Below are positions 12,230-25,941 of a stretch of DNA of 64,000 nucleotides, one piece after another (position 1 is the first letter of the stretch; every line of letters begins with the position of its first letter). This DNA comes from Girardia tigrina (Eukaryota). Under the pieces are notes generated by a model. The model worked only from the letters and a program-made list of their open reading frames with translations, made no database searches and was not told where the DNA came from. Both the position numbers and the translations under genes were made by a program. The DNA lies in assembly GCA_001938485.1 (NCBI GenBank), contig MQRK01255162.1, positions 1 to 64,000 of the forward strand. The letters are read 5' to 3'.

Positions 12230-12490
12230 CCAAGCCTAGCAAAACTTTATACCATACACATCAGGCTTTGCTATTTGCCAATCGTCATGGTTCGAACTAA
12301 ATCTTGATGATATTATTGAGTTTTGTATGGTTTCGGTTTTCAATCATTCAAAGAATCTCCGACCCATGAATTAATCAATTCCTTCGATGGTGGTTTTGGA
12401 TTACCATTTTTGGTATAAACAACAAAATCAGAGTTCTTCCATTCATTAATACGAAAATATATCAAATCTTTCATGGAACGAAAATTCCTA
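12230..12490 (-). mobile_element. pogo/Tigger-like transposase C-terminal remnant
   Basis: NFRSMKDLIYFRINEWKNSDFVVYTKNGNPKPPSKELINSWVGDSL matches the pogo DDE_1 C-terminal pattern. Confidence 0.7.
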
Positions 12491-12499
12491 TCTCCTTGT

Positions 12500-12790
12500 G
12501 GATAGATAGATAGTTCCGTTCTTTTCATGACCGGTTTTGCAACATGAGGTCTTGTATTGTCTTGTCTTGTAGTCAACTCTTGTCGTTTAGTGATACTTCT
12601 CTGTTCAGATTGATTAACTTCATTCCATAACGAGTCGCAACACCTTTATGGATATTATGCTTGGGAGTCATCTTTTGCACCTTTCTGTCAAGATTGATTG
12701 TCTTTCCATGATCTCTATCGTTTTGTATTATCGAAATAAATATACTTTTCATCACCAGTGATAATTCGAGACATGCATGACTTTCGATGT
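12500..12790 (-). mobile_element. Mariner transposase internal remnant
   Basis: SRIITGDEKYIYFDNTKR*RSW, PKHNIH and QDNTRPHVAKPV correspond to mariner TGDEKW and HDNARPH motifs. Confidence 0.85.
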
Positions 12791-13975
12791 TTGCTAGGGC
12801 TGAATTTCAAAAAAGGAAACCGGTACATAAAAAGTTTTTGTATAAACAAACAATGTAATAATTTAATATTTTTATATAAAAAATATAATTAAATAAATTT
12901 TAAAATATTAATCAAAAATACAAATAAAAAGAAGATATACATTTTCTTTTAAATAAATTTATTTTTGAATTTAGATTAAAAAACAGTGCTAATCACTTAT
13001 CTCTATTTGTTTCTTAAACTGATCTTCCATGATAGTGTCCGACATATCGTTATTCACAAAAGAATCTGTCTAATATCTAACAATTTTTAACACTTTTATA
13101 TAAATCTATCTTTTATATAAACAACAGAGATGTATGAATGCGATATGCTAAAAATAAAACTATCATTTCTATCTTATTTTTTTTATTAACGTCGATGTGG
13201 CGACGATTGAATGTATCGATTGAGCGACAACTCGACATGCAGTCGAAATACCTCGGATCCGTCGATAAACGTCGATTCGATCGGACGAGATAGCGGCCTG
13301 CAATTTACATTACAAACACCATCACATACATATAAAAGCGTTGTTTTTTAACCGGTTCTTGTTCCGTTGCGTTCAAGAGAACTACATTATTGCCCGGGAG
13401 CATGTGTCTCAATCTATTCACCTCCATAACTCGCCACTCATCAACATCACGAGACACAACCCATTAATCAGAAAGATTTTAATATAATTCGATATCAATT
13501 CAAAAAAGACGTTTTTACTGAGAACTTTATTTTAAATTTTCTTTTTTAAATTGTGTAGAAAATAAGAAAATAACATTATAGTAATTCAAATTTTCTATTT
13601 TTATTGTTGAAAAATTAGATTTTTTTACCATAAAAACCTGTGAGACAATTTTTATCAATAACCCACACAAATTTCCAATTACATTAATTTATTTTCATGG
13701 GTTTCAATAAATTGATGGCAGTTTCAGGGACATCGGATTCATCGTCCATCCTGCCGTAGTCGCTATCGTCATTTTTTTGACCAGTCATATCACTAAATAC
13801 GTGTAAATTTAGAATATGAAGTAATGAATTAGAGGTTTGTTAGTCACTTTGACTTTAAAGTTACATTTTTTGCGTTTAATTTATTTTGCATTATAATATT
13901 AAATTTTAACTTTCACAGAATTAGTAAATAAAAGCATGTCATATAATTTTAACGTATACGTTATAAGAACTAAAC

Positions 13976-14060
13976 ACTCCTACTTGTATCTAAACTATTA
14001 TTTAATTAGAATTAGAATTAGATACGATAATTATAAATAGAACTATTGAAGAGCTGGTAA
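13976..14060 (+). repeat. ~85-bp dispersed repeat; second copy at about 16145-16235
   Basis: ACTCCTACTTGTATCTAAA...(AATTAG)n ATACGATAATTATA...GAAGAGCTGGTAA in both copies. Confidence 0.9.
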
Positions 14061-14134
14061 GTAAAATTTTTTACTTTAAGTATACAAACTTAATGGTTAG
14101 CTAATTTTTATTGATTACTAGGAAATTAATAAAG

Positions 14135-14286
14135 AAAAATTTATTAATGTTGAGAAATTTGTTAATTATGAAATTTTTCTTAACTGTGAAAAATTTATTG
14201 ATTGATATAATTTTATTAAATATATGAATTTATTAAGTATGAGAAATTTATTAATTATGAAATTTTTCTTAACTATGAAAAATTTA
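14135..14286. repeat. Degenerate AT-rich minisatellite (~16-17-bp unit)
   Basis: Repeated AAATTT(A/G)TTAA..ATGA units, with a higher-order duplication. Confidence 0.6.
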
Positions 14287-15107
14287 CTTTCTCATTTATT
14301 TTTTTGGTCACTACAGTATCTATTGTGTCCGTTCTCTAAAATTCGTTTGGTTTTTGGTTTTGTCAGCTTTTCGGATTACCCAGCGAAAATTATATTAGAA
14401 AATGTAGAGAAAATTTTCGTGTTCGCATTTGCCAGAGTAGTCTGTAATTGTTTTTTTAAGTATAATTAACTGAATTTAGCAGATGATTAACGATATGTTA
14501 TCAAAAAGAAAAAATTCACATATTACAAAATATTGCTGTGTCTTTGATAAGCTCGGTAAAGATGCAAGTGTGAAATTTAATCAAACTGCATTAAGCATGA
14601 ACTTCCTTAATTTGTTTAAGATTTAGTATTAATTCTATTAGTTAACTTGTCTTGTTTTTGAACATAATACAATTTTGAGGATTTCTAAAATATTTCTCAT
14701 CTATGATAATTTTTAAACTTATTGCAAATGGAACTTTTGTAGATCTTTGAATTCATAACAGTCCTAGATTATCTTTCTTCGGACATATTTTAATTTTAAC
14801 GATATGAAATTTCTATATTGCACCCAAATATACAAATTATTTATTAAATTTACAGGAAATATAGGAAATGATTTTAATTTTTACAGTCAAATTTCAAAAA
14901 AGTAATTTTTCAAAAGTACCATCTAGTAGCTGGTTCCTTCCGAAGTTTCCCTCGGATAGCTGGCGTTTATGATTCCGTATTTGAACCTGGTAAAGCGAAT
15001 GATTGGAAATATTGGGGGTGAAATGCTCTCAACTTATTCTGAAACTTTAAATGGGTTCGAAGGGCGCCTATCTTTAATATTTTTGTTGTAGGTGTACATC
15101 GAATACA

Positions 15108-15337
15108 AATAAAAATTGTAAAAATCTTTTATATTAATTTTTAGAAATTTTTAAAACAAAACCATAATTTAGAAAAATTCATCGATTCTCGAAAATAAAT
15201 TTTTAAAATTAACTACAATATTTGTTTAATAAAAATTGTAAAAATCTTTTATATGAATTTTTAGAAATTTTAAAAACAAAACTATAATTTAGAAAAATTC
15301 ATCGATTTTCGAAAATAAATTTTTAAAATTAACTACT
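15108..15337. repeat. Tandem duplication, 120-bp period
   Basis: Two near-identical copies of AATAAAAATTGTAAAAATCTTTT...AATTAACTAC. Confidence 0.9.
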
Positions 15338-17716
15338 ATCGTTAAAATTTGTGCTTTACTATACAGCATTTTCTCCCAGCAAATTTTTAGCTTTCTTATC
15401 CCATATCTTTTTTTGAAACAGGTATATTACTCAACATTTTCTATGAACGTAGAAGCGTTTTCTTGATCTTGTTGAACGACCAACATTATACATTTACGAC
15501 ATTTCGTAATTGCGGCACCTCATTTCGTATTTGCTACATTTCCTTTGGTAATTACAACATTTCATTTAATAATTACGACACATTATTTTGGAGATTCTGA
15601 GTGACAGGATTAATTGTACTGGGCTCTTTTTGTATTGAGTTAATTCAAGCACAGCATCTAAAATTTAATATTTCGAGCGATTCAAATTTTAATACTGATA
15701 ATAAGAAATTATAAAATTTAAACCGTTTTGAAAAAGCGATGTCAATGGTGTCGTTTTGAGAGACGCGTCAGTCGGTTGTAAATTGGCGTTCAAGAGGACG
15801 ATCTGAAAAGAAGTTCGATGGTAATGATTGGCGACAGTTAATTGCGATTTGTGGAAAATATATGCGATTTAGTTGTTAAAAAAATGAAAGAAACGAAAAT
15901 GAAAGCTCGAAAACAAATACTGAGATCTTTAAATTGAAATCAAAATCAGATCAAATAGCAGAATTTAAGTGAGTTGTTTTCAAAATATTTTAAAATTGTT
16001 TCATCAATTGTGTCAACAATAATTAAATAATTCGTCTAATAAAATTAATAAAAATTATCGTTTCGTCACGAAATAACAGATAATTTAAATTGTTATATAA
16101 ATTGAACTATAAATTAATTCGGATTACAACATTTAACTTAACTTACTCCTACTTGTATCTAAATTATTATTTAATTAGAATTAGAATTAGAATTAGATAC
16201 GATAATTATAATTAGAACTATTGAAGAGCTGGTAACTTAACTTACTCCATAAAATTTATATCCATAAAATTTAAAATTTTGAAATCCACTCAAGAACACG
16301 GACAACCGGCCGTGAATAAACTGAAAGACGTGCTAGTTCGGTATATGGTTTACTTGTCGTAGATGGCATTATAGCGATAATTTGGAGGCAATAATCTTAT
16401 CGTTTTCGAAAAAGGGATATGAGGCCCCATATAAAACCCAGGAGGAGCGGCCTTAATAAAATTACTTAAATTTTAATATGTGAATAAATTGAATTACCGG
16501 TAGTTGTGGGGTTTGCCGTCTCCCGAGTTCCTTCAGGGTTAAGCATGGTAAGCCCTTCAGCGACAGACGAACACGCCAATACCTTAGCAGAGAATTCGTC
16601 CGACTGATTAAGTGATTTTCTTTCTTAGATAAGAATGTGCATTCCGTTAGGAACGCGGGTATCCGTTTTAGTATTTTACGTAATGCATTAATATGTTGCG
16701 ATAGAATCAAAATTCAATAAAAACATATAATTTAACATATAAAATTTAAGCATGATTAAAACAAAATAATCGAAAAGATCGCAAAACACACAAAGTTAGA
16801 GAATTCACATAAAATATAAGAATTACAATAAATAAATAACAAATAAGCGCCAAAATATATGCAAAATGATGCAAAAAACATAAATATCGATAGAAAGATG
16901 AATAGTTACGAGTCAGTAATCGATAAAACCGGAATAACGAACGGAATCAAACAGGAAAAAAAATCCGACAAAATTATTATAAAATCCAGAATAAGTTTAC
17001 GAGTAAAACGAAACAAGAAATGTAAAAACCCGTTTGGAATTGACAGAGAAATAGCTAAATTGAAATAAAAATAGTAAATAATAAATCAATAAATAACGAT
17101 TAATGAACGGATTACGTTGAAATAAACAAATAAAAAAGTCGGAAAAATCATCAAAATACCCACAGATAATAAAAGATAATAATCGTATCGAAAAACGAGC
17201 AAAATAGCAAATAAATACAAAAATAGAACAAATTGATACATCGCCAAATAAAGAAGTAACGATGAAAACCTCACAAAATAAAGACGGAAAATTCATAAAA
17301 TAATCGGAAAAATCGCAGAAAAATCAACAAGATACGAAAACATCGCAATCAACACTAATTGACCAAGATTTCGAAAGAAAATAATTAAAAAATAACATAA
17401 TTCTAATTTATTTTATTCCGGCGATCAAAAACGCAAATATGAATGAAAATCGATAGATAAAAGCAGAAAAAATCGTAAAAATTATGACAAAAATTATGCG
17501 ATAGAAAACATGAAAAAATACGCTACGAAAAGAAACATAAAAATCAATTAAATCGAAAATCATCTAAAATAATAGATGTTCAAGTGAACAATGAGTCCTG
17601 TATTATGCGGACGCCACTAAAACAGATCCAAATCGATTTAGAGGAGGCTGCAAAAACTCAATAATGACAAATATTCATGAAATCCGCAAAAAAATATAAA
17701 TCGAAAATATTTAACC

Positions 17717-18421
17717 ACTTCATTAAAAATACTTCATTATTATTTATTTATTGTTATTTATTAAAATTTATTTTTATTATTAGTTATATTAAAAGTTCTT
17801 TTAATATTATTTATAAATAAAATAAACCTTATCAACTTCTCTCGATCAGCGCAGAGGATTCCAAGTTGTACAAGATTCATTCTAGAAATACAGGTTAAAT
17901 AAGATTCATTCTAGAAATACAGGTTAAATAAATAATTAATAAGATTATAAATTACTTTTGATTTGTTTTTCTTTTCCAATAAAATAAAATGAACAATAAA
18001 ATAATTTCTAAATTATTTTCAAACTATTTTAAATAAATATTTAAATGTTCTTAATGTAACGCATTAAAGATGATTTTCTTGACAGGTGATACAATGTTTT
18101 CTTACATTAATACAAAAATTACTTCATTAAAAATACTTCATTATTATTTATTTATTGTTATTTATTAAAATTTATTTTTATTATTAGTTATATTAAAAGT
18201 TCTTTTAATATTATTTATAAATAAAATAAACCTTACCTTATCGACTTCTCCCGATCAGCGCAGAGGATTCCAATCTGTACAAGATTCATTCTAGAAATGC
18301 AGGTTAAATAAATAATTAATAAGATTATAAATTACTTTTGATTTGTTTTTCTTTTCCAATAAAATAAAATGAACAATAAAATAATTTCTAAATTATTTTC
18401 AAACTATTTTAAATAAATATT
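17717..18421. repeat. Tandem duplication of ~300 bp (17717-18041 and 18121-18421)
   Basis: Near-identical copies including CGATCAGCGCAGAGGATTCCAA; copy 1 has an extra short internal duplication. Confidence 0.92.
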
Positions 18422-18972
18422 GTCAACTTTTCATGTATTATTTATTTATTTTTATTACTTTCTTATGAGAAAGATATAATTAAATGAAATATTTCGAAAA
18501 AAGTAATCAGAAAATATATTTTTAACGAAAAAATATCTAAAATTCATGAAGTTTTGACTAATATAACCAAATTATTAACCCAAAGAATTTTAAAATTGCT
18601 TAAGTATCTTATGAAAATTATCTAATTGACTAAATTAGTAAATTCTAAATAAAAATTCTATATAGTATCGGAAAATATATTGGGTGGATTGATAATGAGA
18701 TATAATATATTGTTTTCCACAAAAAATTATTATTTTATTATTAAAAATTATTATTATTTTTTAATATATTAATATTAAAATATAATATTAAAATTATTAT
18801 TATTAAAATTATTAAAAAAAATTTTTTAATTTTAATCACTGTACTGTATTTTTTTATTTTTTAATATATTTATGTTTTTTAAAACCATGAAAAACACCTT
18901 AAAAACACCTTAAAAATCATCGAAAATAGGTAAAAACCACAAAAATTACAGAAAAAAGTGCAAAAATCAATA

Positions 18973-19126
18973 TTACACTCTCAGGGATCCCCTGTGCGGC
19001 CAGGCGGGCATACTTCTACGTAGTATCCCTGAGAAACTAGATTGGGTTCGATTCCGTCTCTAGGCTAAAGTACCCGAAAGCTAGTAGCTAGTAGTGTAGC
19101 CTAGGCAGCCTGACTAGGCTTAGTAC
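18973..19126 (+). mobile_element. 154-bp GC-rich insert flanked by 16-17-bp direct repeats (candidate ribozyme-headed short retroposon)
   Basis: AAGTGCAAAA(A)TCAATA at 18956-18972 and 19127-19142. Confidence 0.55.
18982..19076 (+). ncRNA. Degenerate HDV-like self-cleaving ribozyme
   Basis: P1 CAGGGAT/ATCCCTG; J1/2 hairpin CCTG..CAGG; imperfect P2 CGGGCAT/AGTACCCG; P3 ACT/AGT; L3 TCTACGT; P1.1 CT/AG; P4 CTAGA/TCTAG; J4/2 GCTAA carrying the catalytic-C equivalent. The first P1 pair (C-G) is atypical. Confidence 0.6.
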
Positions 19127-19829
19127 AAGTGCAAAATCAATAAGTTCACAATTTTGCAGTGTACTATATTGATGTTTTTTATATAATAGAGCTAAGCATA
19201 GGTCGAAGGTAGTAAGATATCGAAAATCTGATTGAACACATGGATAGTAACTCATATATGAATAGTCACATTCAATATCAACATTTTTGAAAAAATCGAT
19301 ACGTAGTGCTTTTTCGAATATATGCATATTATGTGTGCAAATATTATATTATAGATATCTATTATATTATGATATTATACTATGTTATCAACCAATATCG
19401 TATCAACCATTCAAAACATGACCATATCCAAGTTGATATCGTCATGCATTCATCGTGTCAACGTATTGTATCCATCATGTAAACGTATTGCATTCATCAT
19501 ATCAATACACAGCTGAACATGTAAAAAATACAGAAAATGCTGTATAATATATAAAGTACTAAAAGAACTATCTTATCAAACATTATCATCATGCTATCAA
19601 CCTTCAAATTTACCATATGAGACATCAAAATCACCATATCAACCATATCATCAACCATCAAATATACTTTATCAACCGTTAAAAGTACCATATTAAAATA
19701 CCAAATCACCTAATGAACAGCCATTTACATATAAAAACCTTCAAATCTACCTTAACAGCAATAAAAAGTGACCCTAATTGTATCAACCATTACCTTATTA
19801 ACCTTTCAAAAAGTGAACATTTTAATATT

Positions 19830-20300
19830 CCCAGAAAATTGAAAGCATGTTCGGCAATAAATCTCCAACGCCATTGGGATTGTGTTCGGATCTCATTTAC
19901 CAATATACATGTAATGGGTGTAACGCCACATACATTGGAGAGACTTCACGTCATCTCTGTANNNNNNNNNNNNNNNNNNNNNNCAATGAAGGTGGAAGTA
20001 ACATTGCAGGACATAGAAGACATTGTAAAGGAGATATAACTTCACAACACTTTAAAATTCTGTGTACTCAATTTAAAAATTATTGGGAGAGAGTGACATG
20101 TGAAGCGTTATATATATATCTTTGGATCCTAAAATTAACGTTCAAACTGCACTCTCTACAACTTTGTTGAGAGTTTTTAAATGGTGTACTGATTACGTAT
20201 TGATTACATAATCATTAACTGCACTATATAAGTAAATTTCGTTTGAAAAATCATTTGTTCTGACGATGACGATTAAACCGTCGAAATTAATAAATATTTT
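19830..20300 (+). mobile_element. Penelope-like element 3' remnant (GIY-YIG endonuclease plus pLTR)
   Basis: LIYQYTCNGCNATYIGETSRHL...HRRHC...FKIL...EALYI...PKINVQ, followed by a TATA box and a hammerhead. Confidence 0.9.
20255..20296 (+). ncRNA. Minimal type I hammerhead ribozyme (slightly degenerate)
   Basis: CTGACGA-T-GACG..CGTC-GAAA, palindromic ATTAAT stem III, AUA triplet, weak stem I. Confidence 0.7.
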
Positions 20301-22662
20301 CAATTGGCTTTCGAATTTTGATTTTAATATACATATGTAACATATATATTATTGTTACATACTATATGATAACAACTTATGATCATATAGTCATTCACAA
20401 CACAGTTCAAATGTTTCTATGGTGTTTTACATGTTATATGTTATATTATTATCTATTTGTAATATATTATGGTTATATAGCACACTGAAACTTGAATCAT
20501 CAAAGTAATTGCAATCTATATGTTATATGTAGCACTACGCCTAGGTAGGCTATAATCTATATGTACTGTGTAAACTATTTATAGGTTTTGTAAGAATGTT
20601 TATATAAAATTTACATAAATTACTGAAAAACGTAGAAAAATACATGATTTTCATGTAAAATCATGTAATATATACATTTTTTCAATGATGAAGATATATG
20701 TAATACATGTCTTATAGTATAATTACCTCTAGTCATATATTGATATACATAACATAAAGTATCAGTCAACGAAAAGGTTGAGTATAATTTATTTATTATT
20801 TTATGAATATAAAATTAGTAATTTGAGGTGAATTTTTCTCTTAATTAGAGATATCATTTAAAATTGCAATTTAACCTATTTAAAATTGTCTATAAAATAA
20901 AAACTTATTCCTGCATAGATTAATTAACACAAATATAACAAAGATAAGAGCAAGGCGAAAAAAAACAAAAAAAAACAATATTTTATTGGCACTGTAATTT
21001 AGAAATAGTGACTTAATGAATTTATTAGTTCAATGTGTTTGTCAAGAATTAATCAGTAATTATCACAAATTAATCATTCCACCAGAAATTCAGGGTGACA
21101 TAAAGGTAATATTAAGAATTTTTAAGATGATACTGATACAATCACCTTTACATTTTATGTGGTGTATTTAACAATCAAAGTTGTAAATTTGATCCGGCGG
21201 AAATTACAACGCTTCAATTGTAGTAAAATAGTCAATTAATGGTTTATGATGTGTCTGCATTACAAAATGTTTACCCATAAAAATTTTTCTAATGCATAAC
21301 CATAGAATTAGGACTATGATCGGGGAACTTTTTCCTCCAGTACCCATATTGCCTAATCTCAAAATTTTTCATTACATAACCATAAAATTTGGACTTATCA
21401 GGGAAATTTATGATCTAGAACAATTATTGCTTACTCCCATTATTATAATTAAATTATTATCTATGAAAGACATTTAAAATTTATTGACAATTACTTGTTT
21501 TCGTTTATATTTTTGTTTATTAATTATTATAAAACATGGCGAATTCTGAGTAATCAATCTTTAATAATCAATTCTGAGCCATGAAATCTTTACAGACTTA
21601 TTTTATCTAAAAATAAAATTCAACAAATGTAAAATCTAATACAGGGGTACGGAAACATCGGTAAATTATTCTAAACGGGTAAAGATGTTTTAATTTTGAA
21701 AAAGAAACAAAATGTGTATTTTATTGATTTATTTAAATTTATGGCTACCGCGACCGTTGCCATGGTAATGTGTTTTTGGACCACCTCCCCCCAGGGGGTC
21801 AATTATTGATTGAGCGAGATTCCCCATTTTCCCCTTACGCAGGATTCGGAGAAATGAGAGTTCGGACTGGATGTGCTAGGCCCGTTTTGTTATATTTGGT
21901 TCTTTCAGTTAAATAATTTAAAAACTTTTAAGGTTTACAAATCGAGTCGGTTCGATAAATAATTTTTTTGTATAAAATGTAATTTTAAAACATTTTTTAA
22001 ATATTAAAGCTATTTGTAAATTTAAAAATTTAAATTTTCAAATTTAAAATTTTATAAATAATTATTTAAAAAAATAAAATCTAAGGAAAATTACATTTAA
22101 TTCATTTATTTTAATTAATTTATTTACATTTTAAATTAATTTTAAAAAGGATTTCTTAAAAATAAGTTAATGAGATTTTATTTGCTAAAAATGTAATTTT
22201 TAAAATAGATATTTTTTTAGATATCAAAGGTATTTGAAAATGTTGAAAACTTTAAATTATTTTAAAAATAATTAATTTTTTAAACATTTGATAATTTAAA
22301 ATAAAACAGCCATTAAAAAATTTTTATAATTAATATATAAATATTTATAATTAAAACTAAACTGCATATACGGATATTTATAAAAAAATTCTGATACCTG
22401 GTTTTGTGCAAAGTTGAAAAATATGGGTCCTCGTAAATTTGCCGCACCTTCGAATCAGCTTATGAAATAAACACCGCGGCGTTAAATCGAAGTAATACGG
22501 TAGTTAATTGTAATAGAAATAAATATTTGTGTTATGAATTCTATTCTTGACCTCGAACCCAATACTTTTTTTTATAGATTATTAGATATGTTTTTTGTTA
22601 TTTTATCAAAATAAATATAAATAAATAAATTAACATTTTTTTCTTAAAATATATTTGTTTTT

Positions 22663-23230
22663 CTACATAACCCAATATAGGTTACTTTTGTTTTTTTGTT
22701 GTGGAGTGGCTACGAACGCAACAATATCATTTACGTGTATTCCAAGACCTCTTACTTTTTCTTGAAAAGTGTAATTTACACGTTCTGGTTGTTTATATTC
22801 CCATCGAAGTTTCATAAACAATTGTCTTACTTCGGCAAACTCTAGATTCGTCGACAAAAAATCGTCAATGTAAAATCCTGGATCAGCGTCGATTCTTGAA
22901 TCTTTTAATAATACTCATCGTATAATGTCTGTCATGATTGTAAAGGTAGTTAGTAAACTTTATGATTGTAAATTTAATGTTGCTCATTGCAAACTTTTTA
23001 CCATTGATCATGTATAAGTGAAAACACCATAGAAAGGGATCAAAGTTGATTAGCATGTAAGCATTTGATAAATCTAATATTGAAGAGTTTTTACTTTTTC
23101 TTCTCCAATCACGTACTTTTTCCGTTAACAGATCTGAAGAACCACAGGATACATCGGCATACTTAATTAACTCGAAAATCAAATACCGGTCTGATTTCTC
23201 TTAGTTTACTTGCACTATACAATATGTATT
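22663..23230 (-). mobile_element. LTR-retrotransposon reverse transcriptase remnant
   Basis: RPVFDFR, ILDLSNAYMLI and GFYIDDFL (YxDD) across frameshifts. Confidence 0.75.
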
Positions 23231-25019
23231 GATCGATCCAACAGACCTGTCCATTTCTTTTTTCATTATATTCTACCAAATATCCTTTTTTCGATTCATG
23301 ACAGCTTTTTATAGATATTAGCATGGATATTAGATAAAGATAGTGCTACTGTTCTCGATTGCGTTGATCATTCACAAATTCAATTACGTATTATCAAATT
23401 CTTCTCACAGTACTTTCAGATACATTTGTATTAGCTATAAGTAATCAAAATATCTGTTTTATAAATCGAAAAATACAAAGTTAAAACATATAAAAAACAA
23501 ATTTTTTTCAATCAGTGTTGACGTTGTTGATTTCTTTTCACAAATATCAGTCTGATCGAAGTTACAAAATCACTATACGTTTTGATTATCGTTATTAAAA
23601 AATTTTTTTAATAAAATTCTTTTAGAGTAATGTGAATTTTAGAGCACATGGGGATGTAATGCTTTATTTTCTTTTAGAATTTGTATTTTAGGCTTGCATT
23701 TTTACTGATTTAAAATCGTCTTTCATTTCAATAGTGTCCTAAGATAAATAAGAAATCTTTAGAATTAAAAAAATGGTGTTAAAAAAATAAAAATAATAAA
23801 TATCAAAAGCGAGATATTTATTTTTCAGTTACAAATTTTTTACAACTGACCACTTTTTTATCACCACATAATCAAGTTACAATAAGTCATGTACAGAAAG
23901 CATTTTTTCTATAAAAAGTTTACCAACTGTATAATTTTTCATTTTTTTATTCTTTTAATTCTTTATATATTTCAAATTTGTCTATAATTGTTTATAATAA
24001 TAACAGTTATGCATAATTAAATATAATTGTAATATTGTGTTAAATGTCAATTTTTGTATCTCTTATGTATTTAAAAAGATATAGTTATTTTCAAAAAAAG
24101 GATCTTCGTATTTATATTATTACAAATGTGTTACATATTTATTCGAGAAAATAAATCTTTTTAGAGTCTTCTGTATTTTTCCGATATACCGAACTTCATT
24201 GCTTCTTTTAGTTTTAAATACGCAATATACGATAATAATATTTAATACAAATATTAACATTTGTATATTTTATTTGATAATCACCATTTATTATTCTATT
24301 ACCTATTTAACTATTCATTTATTTAGTCATTTATTTAATATTTATTGTTTATATGTGAATTATTATTTTAGTTATTATAATCCCATAGCAATTATTTATG
24401 GCTATGGGATATTTAACAATATATTATAAACAAAATAATAATACTATTAATATTATATCAGTTGAACTATGAAAATTCTATTTTATTAACTGTAACATCT
24501 CAATTAGACAGCCAAAAAATTCAGTATTATATGTTTCATTTTGAAAAGTATAGTCAATTATCCGGTACATCTTAATTCAATAAGAGCAAACTCGAAGTTT
24601 GTTCCAAATCTTTATTGATGACATAACAATCTGTTATCTTCTGCATTGTTTTCTTTAATTCGCTCTTGTTGAGATTTGGAAATTAGCCACCAAGCTTCAT
24701 TAATTTTTAAATTATCTTCCAAATTCTAAATATTAAAACAATTGTGTATTTTATTTTCCATACCAATTTGTTTAATTTAATACATTCATTTTCTGTTAAT
24801 TTTAAGGATATTTAAATACATTAATTTATTTGAAAATAATTAAATATAATTTGGAAAATATTTTTGGGAAAGACAACATACAACAACATTCAAAACATCA
24901 TGCCAACAACAATACCTCAAAATAAGATTACTAAAAAATTCAATCCTCTATATTCCTTTTCGAAAATGTATTTTTAAAAAGAAATTCTCAAACTTATAAT
25001 TTTGAAACATTCTGTATTT

Positions 25020-25912
25020 TCGTCATTTATTGATCAACTACTACATGAGTCCACAAGCATTCTCACAACCGTACCATTCACACCAACATTAAACAACGGT
25101 AACTGCGCACTACAAGACGGAAAACCAACTGCACATATCTGGTTCTCTGTTATTCGTTTTTTTATGGCCCAGTACGTCTCTTTGGACACTGGTCAGCCAT
25201 ATGCTTCTCATCACCACACACAAAACAGACTCGTTTTGGTGCCCCAAAAAATTTTGCCAAGTGTCCTGGCATTTAAAACATCTTAATAACGGTTGACCGG
25301 TGTCATTCCTCTCAGCTGCCATCATTCTGCCTGTATTCCTTTTTTGAGACTGGTCGTAGGGCTGGTTTATCCGCGAATGTTCCCAACTGAAATCTGGCTT
25401 GCATTTCTGCGCCATCCCTATCATACATACGTCGGACTTTACCATAGTACGCACCATAACGATAATCTCCGACATCTGCAAATGGTCAGTTGCACATGCA
25501 GATTTTGTGTTTTTTAATGGAATCCGGTAACTCCTTTTTCACAGCATATTTAACCCGTTCATCACTCGCTTTCACGTCAATTAAATGAACTAACCTTTTG
25601 ATATCGGCCACGTACACATCCACGGGTTCATCCTCTGTCATCCTCCTGCGGCATAATTCTTCGAATGCTGTAGTCCTGTCGACACAACGCTTTCTCCATC
25701 GTGCGTTTCATTTTCCCGTAATCATGTTAATCGTCATCTGATAGTCCTTCATAAACAACAAAGGCTCCTTTCGACAGAAACAGCGCCATAATGGATTCCA
25801 ATTCCTTCAACTTCTGTAGACGGGCAACCAACTCAAACTTTGCCAACCACTCCGAAAAATCGTCCGTTCCGTCGTATCTTCAAATAATATCGCTCAATTT
25901 AACAGACATCAT
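25020..25912 (-). mobile_element. Ty3/gypsy-like gag-protease remnant
   Basis: YDGTDDFSEWLAKFELVARLQ, EPVDVYVADIKRL, CCHC knuckle CFVCGDEKHMADQC, protease motif MLVDSCSS; stops and frameshifts. Confidence 0.85.
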
Positions 25913-25941
25913 TCGCCGCGATAGCTTGTAATAAGAAGGTA

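Noticed and set aside
19044-19055. GGGTTCGATTCC as a tRNA T-arm or SINE B box
   Set aside because: No cloverleaf or clear A box; better explained as the P4 loop of the HDV-like fold, though a tRNA-derived origin is not excluded
14135-19800. Repeat arrays as CRISPR-like
   Set aside because: Simple tandem or degenerate repeats without unique spacers, in a eukaryotic context
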